Shown here: positions 24,995-38,449 of the stretch, in pieces
Position numbering within the stretch: position 1 is the first letter of the stretch
Layout of the letters: each line of letters begins with the position of its first letter
The notes under the pieces: model-generated
Told to the model about the DNA's origin: nothing
The model's database searches: none
Seen by the model: only the letters and a program-made list of their open reading frames with translations
Position numbers and translations under genes: made by a program
Assembly: GCA_001938485.1 (NCBI GenBank)
Contig: MQRK01196443.1
Coordinates: forward strand, 1 to 64,000
DNA from: Girardia tigrina
Lineage: Eukaryota
Direction of reading: 5' to 3'
DNA: 64,000 nt

Positions 24995-26108
24995 TTATAT
25001 GTCAAGTATGAAATTTGTAAGCACGATTTCAATAAATTGAAGCTATTATGAATTTCGATTTCAACGTGGAACCTAGGCTTCGAAAAAACCATGCGTCAAA
25101 TCAATACCTTATTAGAATATAGTGTTATTACGAAGCAAACATACTCAAATTGGTTCAGGAAATTCGTGAAAGGTAATTTTAACCTCAACAATGAATCTCT
25201 GTGCCGCCCAGGAACGCAGGTAAACAATGACGAACTGAAGGTAACCATAGACTTGGATAAATCACATACTGATCATGATTTACCGCCAAAGTGTGCTTTT
25301 GTCAAGCAAACAATATCGAATAACTTGGCTCAAATTGGTAATGTGCAAATGTTGGATAAGTTTATTTCACATGAATTGAATTAAAGGCAGAAACAAAAGC
25401 ATTTGGATGCTTGTTTGATAATGCTTTTCCTAATAAATTTGATCACTTTTTAAATCAAATTGTCATTTGTAATGAAAAGTGGATCAAATATGATAATCAA
25501 AAACGTTCGTTTAAATGGTTCGACACGAATGAATCACCAAAATACAGTCTAAAGCAAAACAATCATCAAAAGATGCTGATGGTAAGTGTTTGATTGTCTA
25601 CTGTAGATCTTATTTATTATGACTTCATGAAACCTGGTTCGTCAATCAAAGTTTATGTTAACTTCAATCCATTTTGATATACATGCGGAAACTTAAAGAA
25701 AGGCTTTTGGTAAACTGGTAGTCTTCCATTTTGGTCCACGACAATTCAAAACCGTATATTGTACTTAAGGCTGTGACTAAACTACAGGAACTTAAGTTGG
25801 AACTTCTACATCATCACATATACTTAACTTAGCTAGCCCTAACTGATTATGATTTCTACCTTAATTGGAACAACGTTTTCATAGGAAAAAAATAATGCAA
25901 AAAATACCATAAAAATACCCTTCTAGGAATTTTGAAATTCTGATCCACCAAAATTTTTATTCATAAAAACTCAACAAGTTTCCTCACAAATGATAAAAGT
26001 GTGTCGATTTTACAGGTTCATACTTTGATGAGTATTGTAAACGAGTAAATGAGTATTATCAATAAACTTTGACGTTAGTTCTACAAATTTCATTCTTGAT
26101 GATCTAAT
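24995..26108 (+). mobile_element. Full-length but decayed mariner element
   Basis: TIR remnants TCAAG(T/A)ATGAAATTTGTA at both ends; motifs FISHEL (WVPHEL), IVICNEKWIKYDN, HDN, LALTDY (YSPDLAPSDY); multiple stops. Confidence 0.85.
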
Positions 26109-27164
26109 ATAAATTGCTGGTCAAAATTTTAAGACCAAACAATCATTAAAAGACTCATCTGCTATCTGTTTTCCAAACCAAAGATTGTAAAGTCAACCAT
26201 TAACTATGTTAACATGATCCTCTGCTTCCTTCCTGTACCTTTTTTGTTCCCAGTTTTTTTAAATACATATGGCTTGATATTTTCGGTCCAGTATGGTACA
26301 TAGCCTCAAGTACAGTTCAATAATAAAAGATTAATTATAAAATAATTCAATGTCATATCCTGATTTTAAGAAATTAAAACTTACTTATCAATTTAAACCG
26401 TATTTCTATAATCAAAATCGAAGGAAGAGCGATAAGCAAAATGATTAAAATCGTTTTTATTTCAATCAAATTAGCTTCTAAAAGAAAACAAATTAATATA
26501 AAAATAAATTTAAAATAAAATACAAAAATCAAAAATAAATTTGTAAAATATTATTTGGAGAATGAAGATAATTTTGTGTCTTCACTGTGAAATACGTCAT
26601 AAAGTTGTGTAGAGTATTCAAGTATTTTTATATTCACGCAATATTACACTTTCAGTTGCGTCAATGCCCCCTGAATCTTCCAACATAGGATTATGAATAA
26701 TTTTGCTTTCGAACATTTTTTAAATAATAAATTACATGCTAAAATTGTAAATATCTAAACAAAACAATTTATTATTATGGGAGTACCGTATTTTCACTTA
26801 TAGACCCATAGTCTAATGTCCAATTTGATCAACCCTTGTGGGCTATTAAAGTTGGCTACATATTTTGAAAATATTTTACGCAACAGTGACTTGCAGATTA
26901 AGTGAAGGGTGACCCAGCAGTCTGGCTATAAAAAAACATAAATAAAATAACCATAGTTTTTCATTTCAGATGCTTGTCTTCGTTTTTAGAGCTGCGTTAT
27001 TATAAACTAGATTTGCATGAAAATTGAATAAAATACCAGTTTTAAAATAAGAAAACATTTATTTAGAAAACATGTTGATATCATAAACACATTCAAATCT
27101 GAATAACGGTTTTTGTTACCAAAATTAAGATACAATTAATTTTTCATTAAATTTCAAGTTCATG

Positions 27165-27213
<49 letters not shown>

Positions 27214-27602
27214 GACCTATGCAAACTAAACTTTAAAACAGATTTAACAAGAAATTTTGTAAAATACTTTAATTGTTCTCTTCTTTCATAGCTGAAAAGC
27301 ACTTCCTTAAGTTACTTCACCAGAATCATTATTTAACTACGCTAAAATGGCCTCGTGTAATTCGGCTTTCACATCGCCTTCTAGAAGGTCAACATCATCT
27401 CTATCGATCTGATGCTTAGGTCTGAAGCATCTTCGTTTTAGCCTTTTTAAATTCATTCATTTATAAAATATATGTCATATTTTGTTCAATGCATGAAACA
27501 TCCAATTACAAGCCTCTGCATTGGTTGTATGATGTAAATTAGCGGTTCCCAATCTTTTTTCCTCTATCTGATTGTTTACTTAGTGGGTACCCATAAAAAG
27601 AG

Positions 27603-27669
<67 letters not shown>

Positions 27670-27736
27670 NNNNNNNNNNNNNNNNNNNNNNNNNNNNNNN
27701 NNNNNNNNNNNNNNNNNNNTATATATATATATATAT

Positions 27737-28802
27737 AGTTGTCCCCTACTAATCCACATAGAAATGAAACGGGGTTTTTAAAAATTTTGCAGATTGAGCG
27801 GGGTAGGCGGACTGAAAAAAAACTGAAGAAATTTAATAACATTTATTGATTAAAAGACTTTCATAAAATAATTATCAAGTGTATTTGTCTGTTTTTCTGA
27901 TTTATATCTTTTTCGCACATATTCCAACAAAGAATAAGCAATTTTAAAAATGTTTTTATCAACAGACTCCTCATTCTCTAAAACTTTTATAATTTCATAA
28001 TTTGCTGTAAGTATTTTCTTGAAATCATCTGGAGTAGATCTTCTGATATGAATAAATTCTTTATTTTCTGTTTGATTTTCTTCATCTCGATTCTTTCCAT
28101 TTTTAATAAATTCTAAAATTTCTTCATGTGATTGCGGTGCAAATGTCAAATTTTCTTCTTGATTATTAACAATCTCGTCAACAGATTTGATACCTAGTAA
28201 ATTTAACTCACGTGATAATTCCTTTAGTTCTGACATGTTAATTTCAACAAGTTACGCCCCTTCTGGATAATAAATATTCATTGTTATCGGAGATTGTTTC
28301 TAACATTGAGTAATTGTCTTTTTCGTATTGGCCGCTGCAGCCAATATAGACTCTTCATTCTTCAAAATTTCACCAATTGTTCGAAGGCCTATATTCTTTT
28401 TAAACTTCTCATCAAAATAACACTTCAATTAAGCGTGTGTTGTCTTCTTAAATTTCTTCTTATATTGAATTATTTCTTCTTTTTGATCAAAACTTAAATG
28501 AATTCCCATTTTAACGGGTAATATTAAAACAAATTTATTAAAAACTTAGTAAACAACTTTAAAATAACGAAATTTATTACAAAAGTGATGAATTCATCGA
28601 AACTCTTTATGAACTTGATAAAAATAATAATAAAAAAATTTTAAAATTGTTTTTTAAACGCGGATTAGGCGGGGATTTGCAGATTGAGAAATTTTCAATA
28701 AAATATGAGTTCAATCCGCCAAAAATTCATAATTTGATGATTTGAACGCAAATTGGGCGGGGATTGCAGAATAAGCGGGGCGCGGATTAGGCGGGGACAA
28801 GT
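27737..28802 (-). mobile_element. Internally deleted pogo/Tigger element
   Basis: Imperfect TIRs (AGTTGTCCCTACTAATCC / CACTTGTCCCCGCCTAATCC) in TA context; N-terminal HTH (LSFDQKEEII...TIGEILKN) and C-terminal KQTNTLDNYF; no DDE core. Confidence 0.7.
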
Positions 28803-28909
28803 GTATATATATATATATATATACAAATAAGAAATCATTTAGTAATTTCAGATATACAAATATATTTACTTTCAAGACGAGTACTTTGTCCTTATAAATG
28901 TGCTTAGAA

Positions 28910-29109
28910 ATCAGCACGCGGTACTTTTTCCTATTATTTAATTATTTTAATATAAGAAAATAACCATTTACAATGTGTTTAAAGATTCTTCTGAGTTTTT
29001 AGGCTAGATTTGAATTGCACTTTCCGCCATAATACTTTTTTGAGTACCCCTAAACAACAACCTTTCACGTACTCCTAGGGGTACGCGTACAACTGGTTGG
29101 GAACATCTG
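28910..29109 (+). mobile_element. hAT (Charlie/Buster-like) terminal fragment
   Basis: GTACCCCT...TAGGGGTACGCGTAC...GGTTGGGAACATCTG, typical Buster-type end. Confidence 0.5.
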
Positions 29110-32100
29110 ATGTAAACAGCCATACGGTATAAATGGATGAATCCATATTAAATACAACGTTAATTGATTATAATGATGTGATCGGTTAGGATTAATGGCA
29201 AAATATACTCTGGCGTCGAAGGTTATATGCATGACCGGTTTATCATCGTGAAAATATGGAATTTCTACTATTTCAATTTCGACTGTTTAATATAAATATT
29301 GAAAGATATATTGAATCAAAGTAATTATAAAACAAGTTTTAAGAATTAAAAGATGAGATTATAGACACTACTTATAGATATTACGACTCCTTCTAGAGAA
29401 TTTCAATTTCCAAACGTTAGAAATAACAAATTTGAGGTCAGAATTACGTGGCATGTGGCTTCAATCAAGGATTTTCTGTATGAATCTTAGTACTTATTCT
29501 GATATCTATCTAGCATCTGTTTTTATTTCAACCATATCCCCTATTTGAAGATGTTTTCGCATTATTTCAATGTTCTTGGTTCGTTTCTCTCTATTTTTTT
29601 ACAAAAACGTATTACTTATCTTCAGAACTTTTATTTTATATTATTTTTTGTGCCAACATAACTTGATACATATTTTTTACTAACTTTACAAAGACAAAAT
29701 GTTAACAAAATTAAAATAAATCATTTGTCAGCATTTCAAAATTTGAACTTCAATGTCTTACAAAATGTTTTAGGTTTATTATTGTAATGAATTTTCGCAT
29801 GATATTTATGATAATTATAAAAATTATTACCAAATTTTTTTGAGAGTTCATCGAGTCTCTCTTGAAGTTTTTCTGAAAATTAAAGATTTATTAGTGTTTA
29901 TTCAAATTTTATTTCTTTTTAAATAAATAATCAGATGGTATATAAAATTATAAACGAAGAGTAATAAAATCCTAAGGATGTACCGAACCGAACCTTTAAA
30001 TTATATAACCGGCTTCTCAGTTTATTTTTAATATTATATCCTGTAGAATTTTATATTTTATGCAACAAAAATACAAAATCTGCTGTAATTTTTCGATAAT
30101 TATAACATTGAAGTAATGAGTAAAAAATCTAATTAAAACTTTTAAGAATTGTTTAATCAAAATATATATACATTAAACCATTTGGAAAAAGTACAATACG
30201 TCTTTATAAAACATTTTAAAAAATTATATAAACTAATAAAATATAAATAAAATACTTTTTCTAAAAAACAAAACATTTATATTGTCATTTATTCTGCTTT
30301 AGAAAACTATAGAGACAACAAAGATTAATTGAATTTTCCTGGACGGAATTACATAGCAGTCCCACGTGAAAAGAGATTCTGGATCCAAAACTGAGACGGC
30401 TTTCCGATTAAACGCGTTCAGGTAGACAAATGACCGAGAAGTTAAGAATAGCATTGCGTTGTATCTTAGTGCGATTCAAAAAGGTACTTTAAGGTATTCA
30501 TTCTCAAACTATTCATTTTGCACAACTTTCTTGTGAAAAACTGTATTTTGGTCGTTTGAGGTTCCAAAAGGACACGTTAAGACAGGGCTTTTCAAATAAG
30601 CAATCAGTAATGGTTTATTTAGTCACACATTTACCAGTCTATACCCCATGATCTGAAATACAATAATTCTGTTTAAAAAGTTCTTCATAACAAAGAAATA
30701 ACCAAACAATAACTACAATAAATAAGAAATATAATTCTTTTCATTATTATAATTATAATTATTAATCATAATTGTTGGGTATTTGAATTAAAACTCGGTT
30801 TTATCCTTGTTTATATTAAATTTCTAATCTGACTCCTAAACGACCAAAAAGTTTCTTCCAACAATAATATATGAAGAATGAGCACAAATCATTTTAATAT
30901 ACTTTATTTGTAAATGATAACTTGAGCACAATTTTAAATCGAAACTTTAACAATAAATCAATATTTTGAAGCACACTCAACCAGCACAATCCAATATCAA
31001 TTTAGAACGAGCAATATCTGAAATTTATGATTAAATTCTTCTCCTTTACAGGATACTAGATTTGTTAAGTAAACTAAAATTAAATAAAGAAAGATTACCG
31101 TAAATCATAATCAAGGTTAAAGATTTAATGGGATCCGTAAGTATAATTTTTGTCCGTAATTATTGTTGTGAATATGACTGAAATAATTATTGTTTATATA
31201 CTAGTTTTTAAATAACCTTGAAAATTAATTTACTAAAACAATTCTAAAAATATTTACAAATATTCTTCAAATTTTATTAAAATAACTATTATAATAATCA
31301 AAAAAATTATTAATTTTAATCATAGTATTAATTTTTATTTTCTATTAGATTTTAAAATTTTAATTTATATTTTTCGGAACCCTGACATAATTAAAAAGGA
31401 ATCCAACAATTTATTTATCATTTATCCGTTTCGCGGATGTGTGAAGTCCATATACACAGTCAAAGGGATAGCTACCCATGACTGGTCGTTTCTCACTGGA
31501 TTGCAAAGCGTGCGATGAAGCAAAATGCTGATATCCCTGTAAGAGGTCTAGCTGGGACTTATAGACTTATTTGGTTTGGTTGACCATCTAAAGATAATAT
31601 ATGCTCTTTCTGAAAAGAGATGGGAGGGTCATTATTATGTCTATAAATCAAAATAAATTTTTATATAAAACCTAAACATTGTTTTTATTAAAGATGATGA
31701 ATTTTACTTACATACTTCCTAAATAATCAATAAGGATGTAATAAAGCCGAATCTAAGACCCGGATCCATCAGGATTTATATTTTCTGTACAAAGCTTTAT
31801 CGGAATCCAACTGTATTTGTAAATCACTTGATAAAATATTATTCATTCTGAAATTTTAAGCATTTTTTAAAAACAAAAAAGTATTCGGTTTTTTTTGTGA
31901 GCCAGCTATCTATTATTTACGTTAAAGTGAAATGTTTACGAAATGATTTTGAAGTGAAAATGCTGAAATTATTTTGAAATTTGTGTCTTTTCTGAAAGTT
32001 TGCAAAAAATATACCATTCGTAAGTAGAACACTTAAAATAGTGATATGTAGATACTATCATATCAAAGTTTTTTTTTGAAAGAGAATCATTCTTTTATGG

Positions 32101-33719
32101 AAAGAGCCATACATTTCTTATTTTACGATTTATAAATAAAGGTATGTTAGAGCAGAAAATGATTGAGTTGGATTGACCGAACATTGACCGACAAAGAAAA
32201 ATTTAAAATAAATAAAAAAATAATTACAAATGAAAAATTAAATATATTAAAAATAAAGAATTGTTTAAATTAAAATTAAAAGTTAATATAATAAATGAAA
32301 TTAAAATTTTTTAATAAATTTTATAAATTAATTTATAACTAATAATCTAATTAAGATGTGACGTGCTAAGAAATAGTTAATGATCGATCATCATCATGTT
32401 CTCAGCCTTCTGTCTATTCCACCTGATCCCCAACCTGGGGACCCCATGTTGCCCCGAAGACCGGATGGTGGTTGCAGAGGTGTGCAGTCGAAATACTGTA
32501 CTGGGCTAATTTTATTTTAAGTTCATTTTTAGACTTCATCTTTGAAATCAGTAAACTGATTTTTGTCCCCAGAATTATTATCTCTCTCAATCAAATATTC
32601 AAAGAATAAATTCATTTTCAAATTCAAAATAAAGTATTCATCTTTATCACAAAAATTTTATAGTTATGTACAGAATGAAACTCTCTTTACCGTCATAAAA
32701 TCTCACTCTCAATTACAATCGACAAACTTCAGAATCGAATAAATCGTTTTCTATATTACAATCGGAAAAATAAGCTCAAATAAATTGGCAACTCAAAAAA
32801 AATTTTAAATCATAAATTTTCAGAACAGAAAATTGTAAATCTGGTAAATTCAAAAAAATCGGATTAATTGTGAGGAAAATAAAATTCACTTGAGCCAATA
32901 ACTTGCTCTAGTGTGAATATTGGTCTGATTGATTTACATGAAAATTCGTATCAAAATAAAAAATTAAAGAGAAAATTCAACTACTGATTATATGAGTTTT
33001 CGGCAAAAGAAAAAATACATCTGTTCAATTAAATGGAGAAATAAAGTATTAAAGTATTCTCTTAAAAGAGAAGCTATAATTTTAGAACGAAACACAAATT
33101 GGAAAAGAAAAATTATATTTTAAAAAGGAAATCGGAGTCCAAAAATGGAGAATCTAAAGTTTTGAACGAGATAGTACAATTTAAAAAATTTGAAAAAGCG
33201 ACCGAAAGAGATTCTGAGCAAAAAATAATAAAAAGGACAATGTCGGAATCTGAAAGCCGAAAAAATCGATGTTCCAATCCATTTATACCGAAAAATATAA
33301 TCATTATTTAATTTAATTTATTCGCACCTGTTGGGTGAAATTATAATTAAGTGATTCGCAGCGAAACCAAATGTCATTGAGGATTGAAATATGTGATTTT
33401 AATTAATAATAATTACCAAAGTTTACATTTTAAATAAATAAAGTTTGTTAATTCTTACTTGTAATATATGCATTTTCAGAACCTTGCATTTGTACAAGTG
33501 CTAAATTATAATAAATCTTTATAAAAACTATTCGAAAAAGCTAAATATAGAAAGTAAAACTAATTACAGCAAAAATATAAATGATAAATGAATACAACTT
33601 TGTAAATTTGTTTCATTTAAATATTTCTTTTGTCTATACTAAATTTAGTGTGCTAAATTCGATGGATAAATTATTTTTTTTCGAGGCTTTTGGTCCGTAA
33701 AACGACTACCATTTTTAAT

Positions 33720-34874
33720 TTATACCCAATGGGTCGTCTGTCGACAGATAAATAAAGCGCTATTTATAAATAATATCGTTAACGTGAAATCCAAATTCAA
33801 ATTGGTCTTCTGACGTCTGCGACTGAAAATGTCCACGAAAAATCTTGTTTCAGACATGATATAGAGAAATGTAAAAGTTTTTCTCCGTAAACTTTTATTT
33901 TTGGTTGTTGTTAGCAGAAATCCGTTTGCGTTGACGTGATGTGTCATCCGGCTGAAAGGATTGTTTCGGAAGGACACATATATCTGCCCCTGTATCAATA
34001 AGAAATTCAAGGTTACCATCTGGTGTTGATGCTGGAACGGAAAATATAGCATTTGTCTCTGATTGTATTGATGTGTCTTCTCTTTTTGATAGACATTTTC
34101 TATGTCGGTAGTATTTCTGAGAAGCGGTCTCCGACATTACTGCTTCTCAGATTCGTTTCACATCGGCTTTTCGTTTTTCCATTCGCATGGCTGTTGGCAT
34201 TTCCGCGCTTGATTTCCGAATTTCGCATGATAGAAGCAGATTTTTCGTCGGTTCGTAGAATTGCCGGTCGGATTAAATCTGATCCAGATGAGTTCGTCTC
34301 TTAATTCTTTTATTTCTTTGACGAGTTGTTGAGAATTGGGTTCTATTGATATTACTCACTCTTCTTCCAGCAGAAATTGTTGATAAGCCTTGCTACTAAG
34401 AACTTGGAGGCTCCACTGATCGTGATCTATTAAGTGTCTTCTGATAACGGTCGGCAGCAAGTCTAAAAACTGTTGTTTTAGCATTTCGCAATCCTCCAGT
34501 GATGCTGAAGGTCGAATTATCCAATTACATCTCCGTAATTCGTTAAGCAATGGAGACGGTCGTAAGTGGCGTTCCGATTTGAGTTGAGTGATGCGTTTGA
34601 ATGCTTGTTTGGTAGACATCGAATATTCTTTGATGATGGCTTGTTTGAGTTTGTCATAGGGTTTCGGGGAGTGTGGATCCAAAGTTGTAGAAAAGGATTC
34701 TAGGACGTCTGGTGGAAGGCTGGTGAGGACGTGGAAATTCTGAGTATGCTGATTACATTTGTTCACCAGTTTGAATGTTGCTTCGACTTGTGTGAGCCAG
34801 TTGATCCGGGTTCTTGAAGAAAGTCGGGATTCGTACCTGGATATGGCTGTTCTAAGGCACAGTTCGGACACCAT
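33720..34874 (-). mobile_element. Decayed Ty3/Gypsy gag plus aspartic protease
   Basis: WLTQVEATF...LPPDV...PYDKLKQAII (gag N-terminus); FLIDTGADICVLP protease active site; frameshifts. Confidence 0.8.
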
Positions 34875-35829
34875 TGTTGTGATTTCGAATAATTATAAAA
34901 AAACTCCAAAAGCGAGTTACTAAATTTTAATAAAATAGAAAATTTTCTATATTTGTTAATCTGCTTATATAAACAAACAATTGTTTAATTTTTGATAATT
35001 GTTTTTTATAATAATATATATATTTTGATAGGCATTTTCTAAAAATGCCTACAGTTTTTAACAGTAATTATTAAAAAATATTTTTAGATTTTTCAATAAC
35101 TCGTATTAATTCTGTAAGCAAATTCTTGATATAAGCAATAAAAAGCTTAATGAAAAATTTTAAATGTTTGGAAAATTATGAAAACAGTACAGTCTTCTAA
35201 AAAAATGTTATTTTTAGTTTTGGTGACGCCGATTGGAAACAAAAATACAGAGTCAAATAAACGCCAATTGGTGTATAATCGGATGGGCCTGTTATCTTTG
35301 ATATTATGTATAAATTTTTGATCATCATGACTTCGAATTCTGAATCAAATATTTGAAGACAACTGAAACACAACTAACAATATAAAATATATTTTATTGA
35401 AATTATGTTTTTCAGTTTCTTTTTTTAATCTTTTTATAATTTTTTTTATCTTTTAGACATTATTTGTCTTTATAAATAGATAATTAATTATTGATAATTA
35501 AAATAACTTTTCATTAATACTTAAGTAGAACGACGAAAATAACCTGACAACGTTTTGATGTTTGCATTCAAAAGTTTCATTTCATCTGAACATGTTTATT
35601 CAAATTAAAAACGAATATTTCGCGAAACTTAAATATAAATATTAGAAACTATTTTTGTCAATAATAAAAATATTTTAATATTATAAATAAATTATATTTA
35701 AATAAAAGTTTTAGCATATACCATCTGTCTCAATTAGTAAGAAAATAAAATCATTTTTAAATAAAATAATCAGTAATTCTTTATTATTTTTTTAATGAAA
35801 TTTGATAAATAATTTGATAAATATTTATT

Positions 35830-36110
35830 CTGAAAATGAATTGGACCATTATTGTAGATAATCATCACAAAGGTCATGTTCCGGCCTCTTCTGTTCTGAA
35901 TTATGCAGTGAATATGCTGTCCTGTTTCCGTTCTTTCTTAAGTAATCCGCAGTTAAATATTGAATCCCGCTTCATCGATGAAGATGCCCTCGGAATCTTG
36001 CCATCCTTTTTTCATGACTTTCGTGATGTAGTCCAATCTGCTGGCTTTCATTTTGAATGAGATTTTGTTTGATTGTGTCTCTTATCTACTAAATCGTGTA
36101 CAACTTGCAA
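35830..36110 (-). mobile_element. IS630/Tc1-like DDE transposase fragment
   Basis: Minus frame GIFIDEAGFNI...RGRNMTFVMII. Confidence 0.65.
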
Positions 36111-37376
36111 ACCCAGCATTTATTAATAAATTAATTATTTTTGTATTAAATGGAATTTATTTTATATATTTCAACATGAAGTCATATGTGATCCAATTAT
36201 TTTGGGTGTAAAGTTATGTATTCATTAGTGAAGTTCTCAAAAAAACAGACAATAAATAAAAAAAATTGAAAAAAACTTTCAAAACTGACTTTTGTTTGAT
36301 TACATTAATCACAAATTGTTCCGCCCGATCCTCTTGTTGCCCTGAGAATCGGACGGAAGCAGCAGGATTGCGCAGTGAAAATCTCTCGATCAAGTACTGC
36401 GCCCATTGTAAATTATAATTCGACAAATTTGTGACCAAAGAACGATTTGATGAAATTAAAACTCGAAATCCCGATTTAATAAAACGATATCTCCACGAGA
36501 TTTCTACGATATCTCTACAAATGATTTTGTTCAAGTACGAATTGACAGAAAGACAGAGACTGGAATTATCGATCTCAACAGAGGTGCGCAGAAACAGATC
36601 GCTCGAAAGATTGTGACAGTAGAAATATAGATTGCCCAACGTACCAAACAAACACTGGCTCGTTTTGTGACACCCAACACGAGTCCAGTATTCGGTTTAT
36701 GTCGGATACTTTAGTAGCAATTTTCGCAGATGTACCATCTAGCTGTATTAGGAGAATCGATTCTTCACTTTTTTATTGGACTCTTCAAGTTGGTAGCAGC
36801 AGTTCACACAGAACTCTCCATCAGGTGAAATATTAGTACTGTCAGAAAACTGCATGGTTTTTCATAGTTTTGAATAACTTTATGACAGAAAGACCTTCCT
36901 ACTTAGAAAATCATATACCCTTGAAATCATTTCTCTTTGTAGTGTGAATTCTCCCACCATATGATCTTTATTGGATGGATGTCTTTCACTTTATGTGTAG
37001 TGTAGTTTCTCACACTCTTCTACTTTTATCACTCTTTTATCATTTCTTTTACTACCCTTCCTTCATTAACTGTACGATGTCGGTTTGTTTGTCGGCATTT
37101 ATTCCCCCACGATATTGCTGGGGGAATGTTTATTATTCAATGATATTTTATTTTATTTTTTTATCGTGAATGATTATAATGTTTTTTTTTATTTTTACGT
37201 CAAGTTTTATTTTTGATGGATCTGATAAAATGAAATGATGAAATGAAAAGTATAAAATATGTAATAAAAATATCTCAATTCAAATAGCTCATAGAAATAT
37301 GGGAAATTTGAATTTGAGATTTGAAAAAGATCAATAATTCATTAATTTGTGATTCAGAAATTAATGAAATTAATTT

Positions 37377-37908
37377 TATTAAGAACACCAACATGGGTTT
37401 TCAAACTTTTATTTTCAATACAGTCAGAATTGTCTTTTGGACAACTCTCAGAAAAACTCTCATCATTCGACATCGTTCTAAATTGATAATTTTTTTGTTA
37501 ATGTTTGTCAACAAACAATTATTCGAACAAATTTTTCATTATTTTCAGATTTTATTTTTACAGTTCAAATTTTGTAATTTTAGTATTAATTTTTATTTAC
37601 ATATTAATTTTATTTAAAAAATATTTTATTGAAAGAAGAAACATTTATTTAATTCAAAACTTAGTTAAAACTATTTATTTTATTTAAATTTTAATATGAA
37701 GATTTGAAAAGATTTAATATTTTTAATGTTTTTAAATATCTTAGGCTGTACTTTAAAATGAAAATTATATTCTAATAATTATCTATCGTGAACATCCAAA
37801 ATATCGATTTTCCATCTGGGTGGGAGAAACACATTTCCAAATACTAAACTCAACATACAAAATTCAACAAACCAATTTCAACATACCAAATTTAAAATAT
37901 TCCTCACA
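37377..37908 (-). mobile_element. Solo LTR-like element, TGTGAGG family, complete copy E4
   Basis: TGTGAGGAAT...GTTCTTAATA on the minus strand; perfect AATTT TSD (37372-37376, 37909-37913). Confidence 0.9.
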
Positions 37909-38199
37909 AATTTAACGGCTGCTTTTTTTAACGAAATCGTGATATCTCATATTTTTTTTGAAACCAATTGAAGAAGTGATATTTCTTTTTCCGAATCTAA
38001 TAAACGAAACTACTAATTTTTGAGACCGATTAACGAACTGATATTTCATTTTTGAAACCAACTGATGAAACTCTGATTTATATTAAAAGACATTCCGAAT
38101 TTACAAGCCTTTTTACACATTTATTATTATTGCAAATATAATTTTCATTACAACAAATCTTCAAAGCACTTTCACTATACGACATTTTTTAGATTAATA

Positions 38200-38447
38200 T
38201 TTTTTCTGTCATCCTAGGTTTTTGAAAACAAATGAAAAATATTTAAAATATATTAATTATCAAAACTCTCATTGGTTAAAATCAAATCTTAAAGTTTTCA
38301 AAAAAGTTCTTAATGAAATTTATTTATTTTTGAATAATAGTATTCAAAGAAAATACCAATCAGTCATTTGGGTAGGAGAGACACAATCCGAATCAATATA
38401 CAACATGCAAATTATAAAATAACAAACAATGCAGAACATTCCTCACA
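38200..38447 (-). mobile_element. TGTGAGG-family LTR copy (5' part)
   Basis: TACCAATCAGTCATTTGGGTAGGAGAGACACAATCC...ATTCCTCACA; same subfamily as the 14062 copy. Confidence 0.7.
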
Positions 38448-38449
38448 AA

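Noticed and set aside
37920-38075. Degenerate ~30-bp tandem units (TTTTGAAACCAA..GA..TGATATTTC)
   Set aside because: Degenerate minisatellite in TE-derived DNA; no identical repeats with unique spacers, so not CRISPR-like.
38350-38422. Recurring peptide KYQSxIWVGETQ in several ORF translations
   Set aside because: It is the reverse strand of the LTR box. Other copies have frameshifting indels and stops, so it is a DNA motif rather than a protein family.
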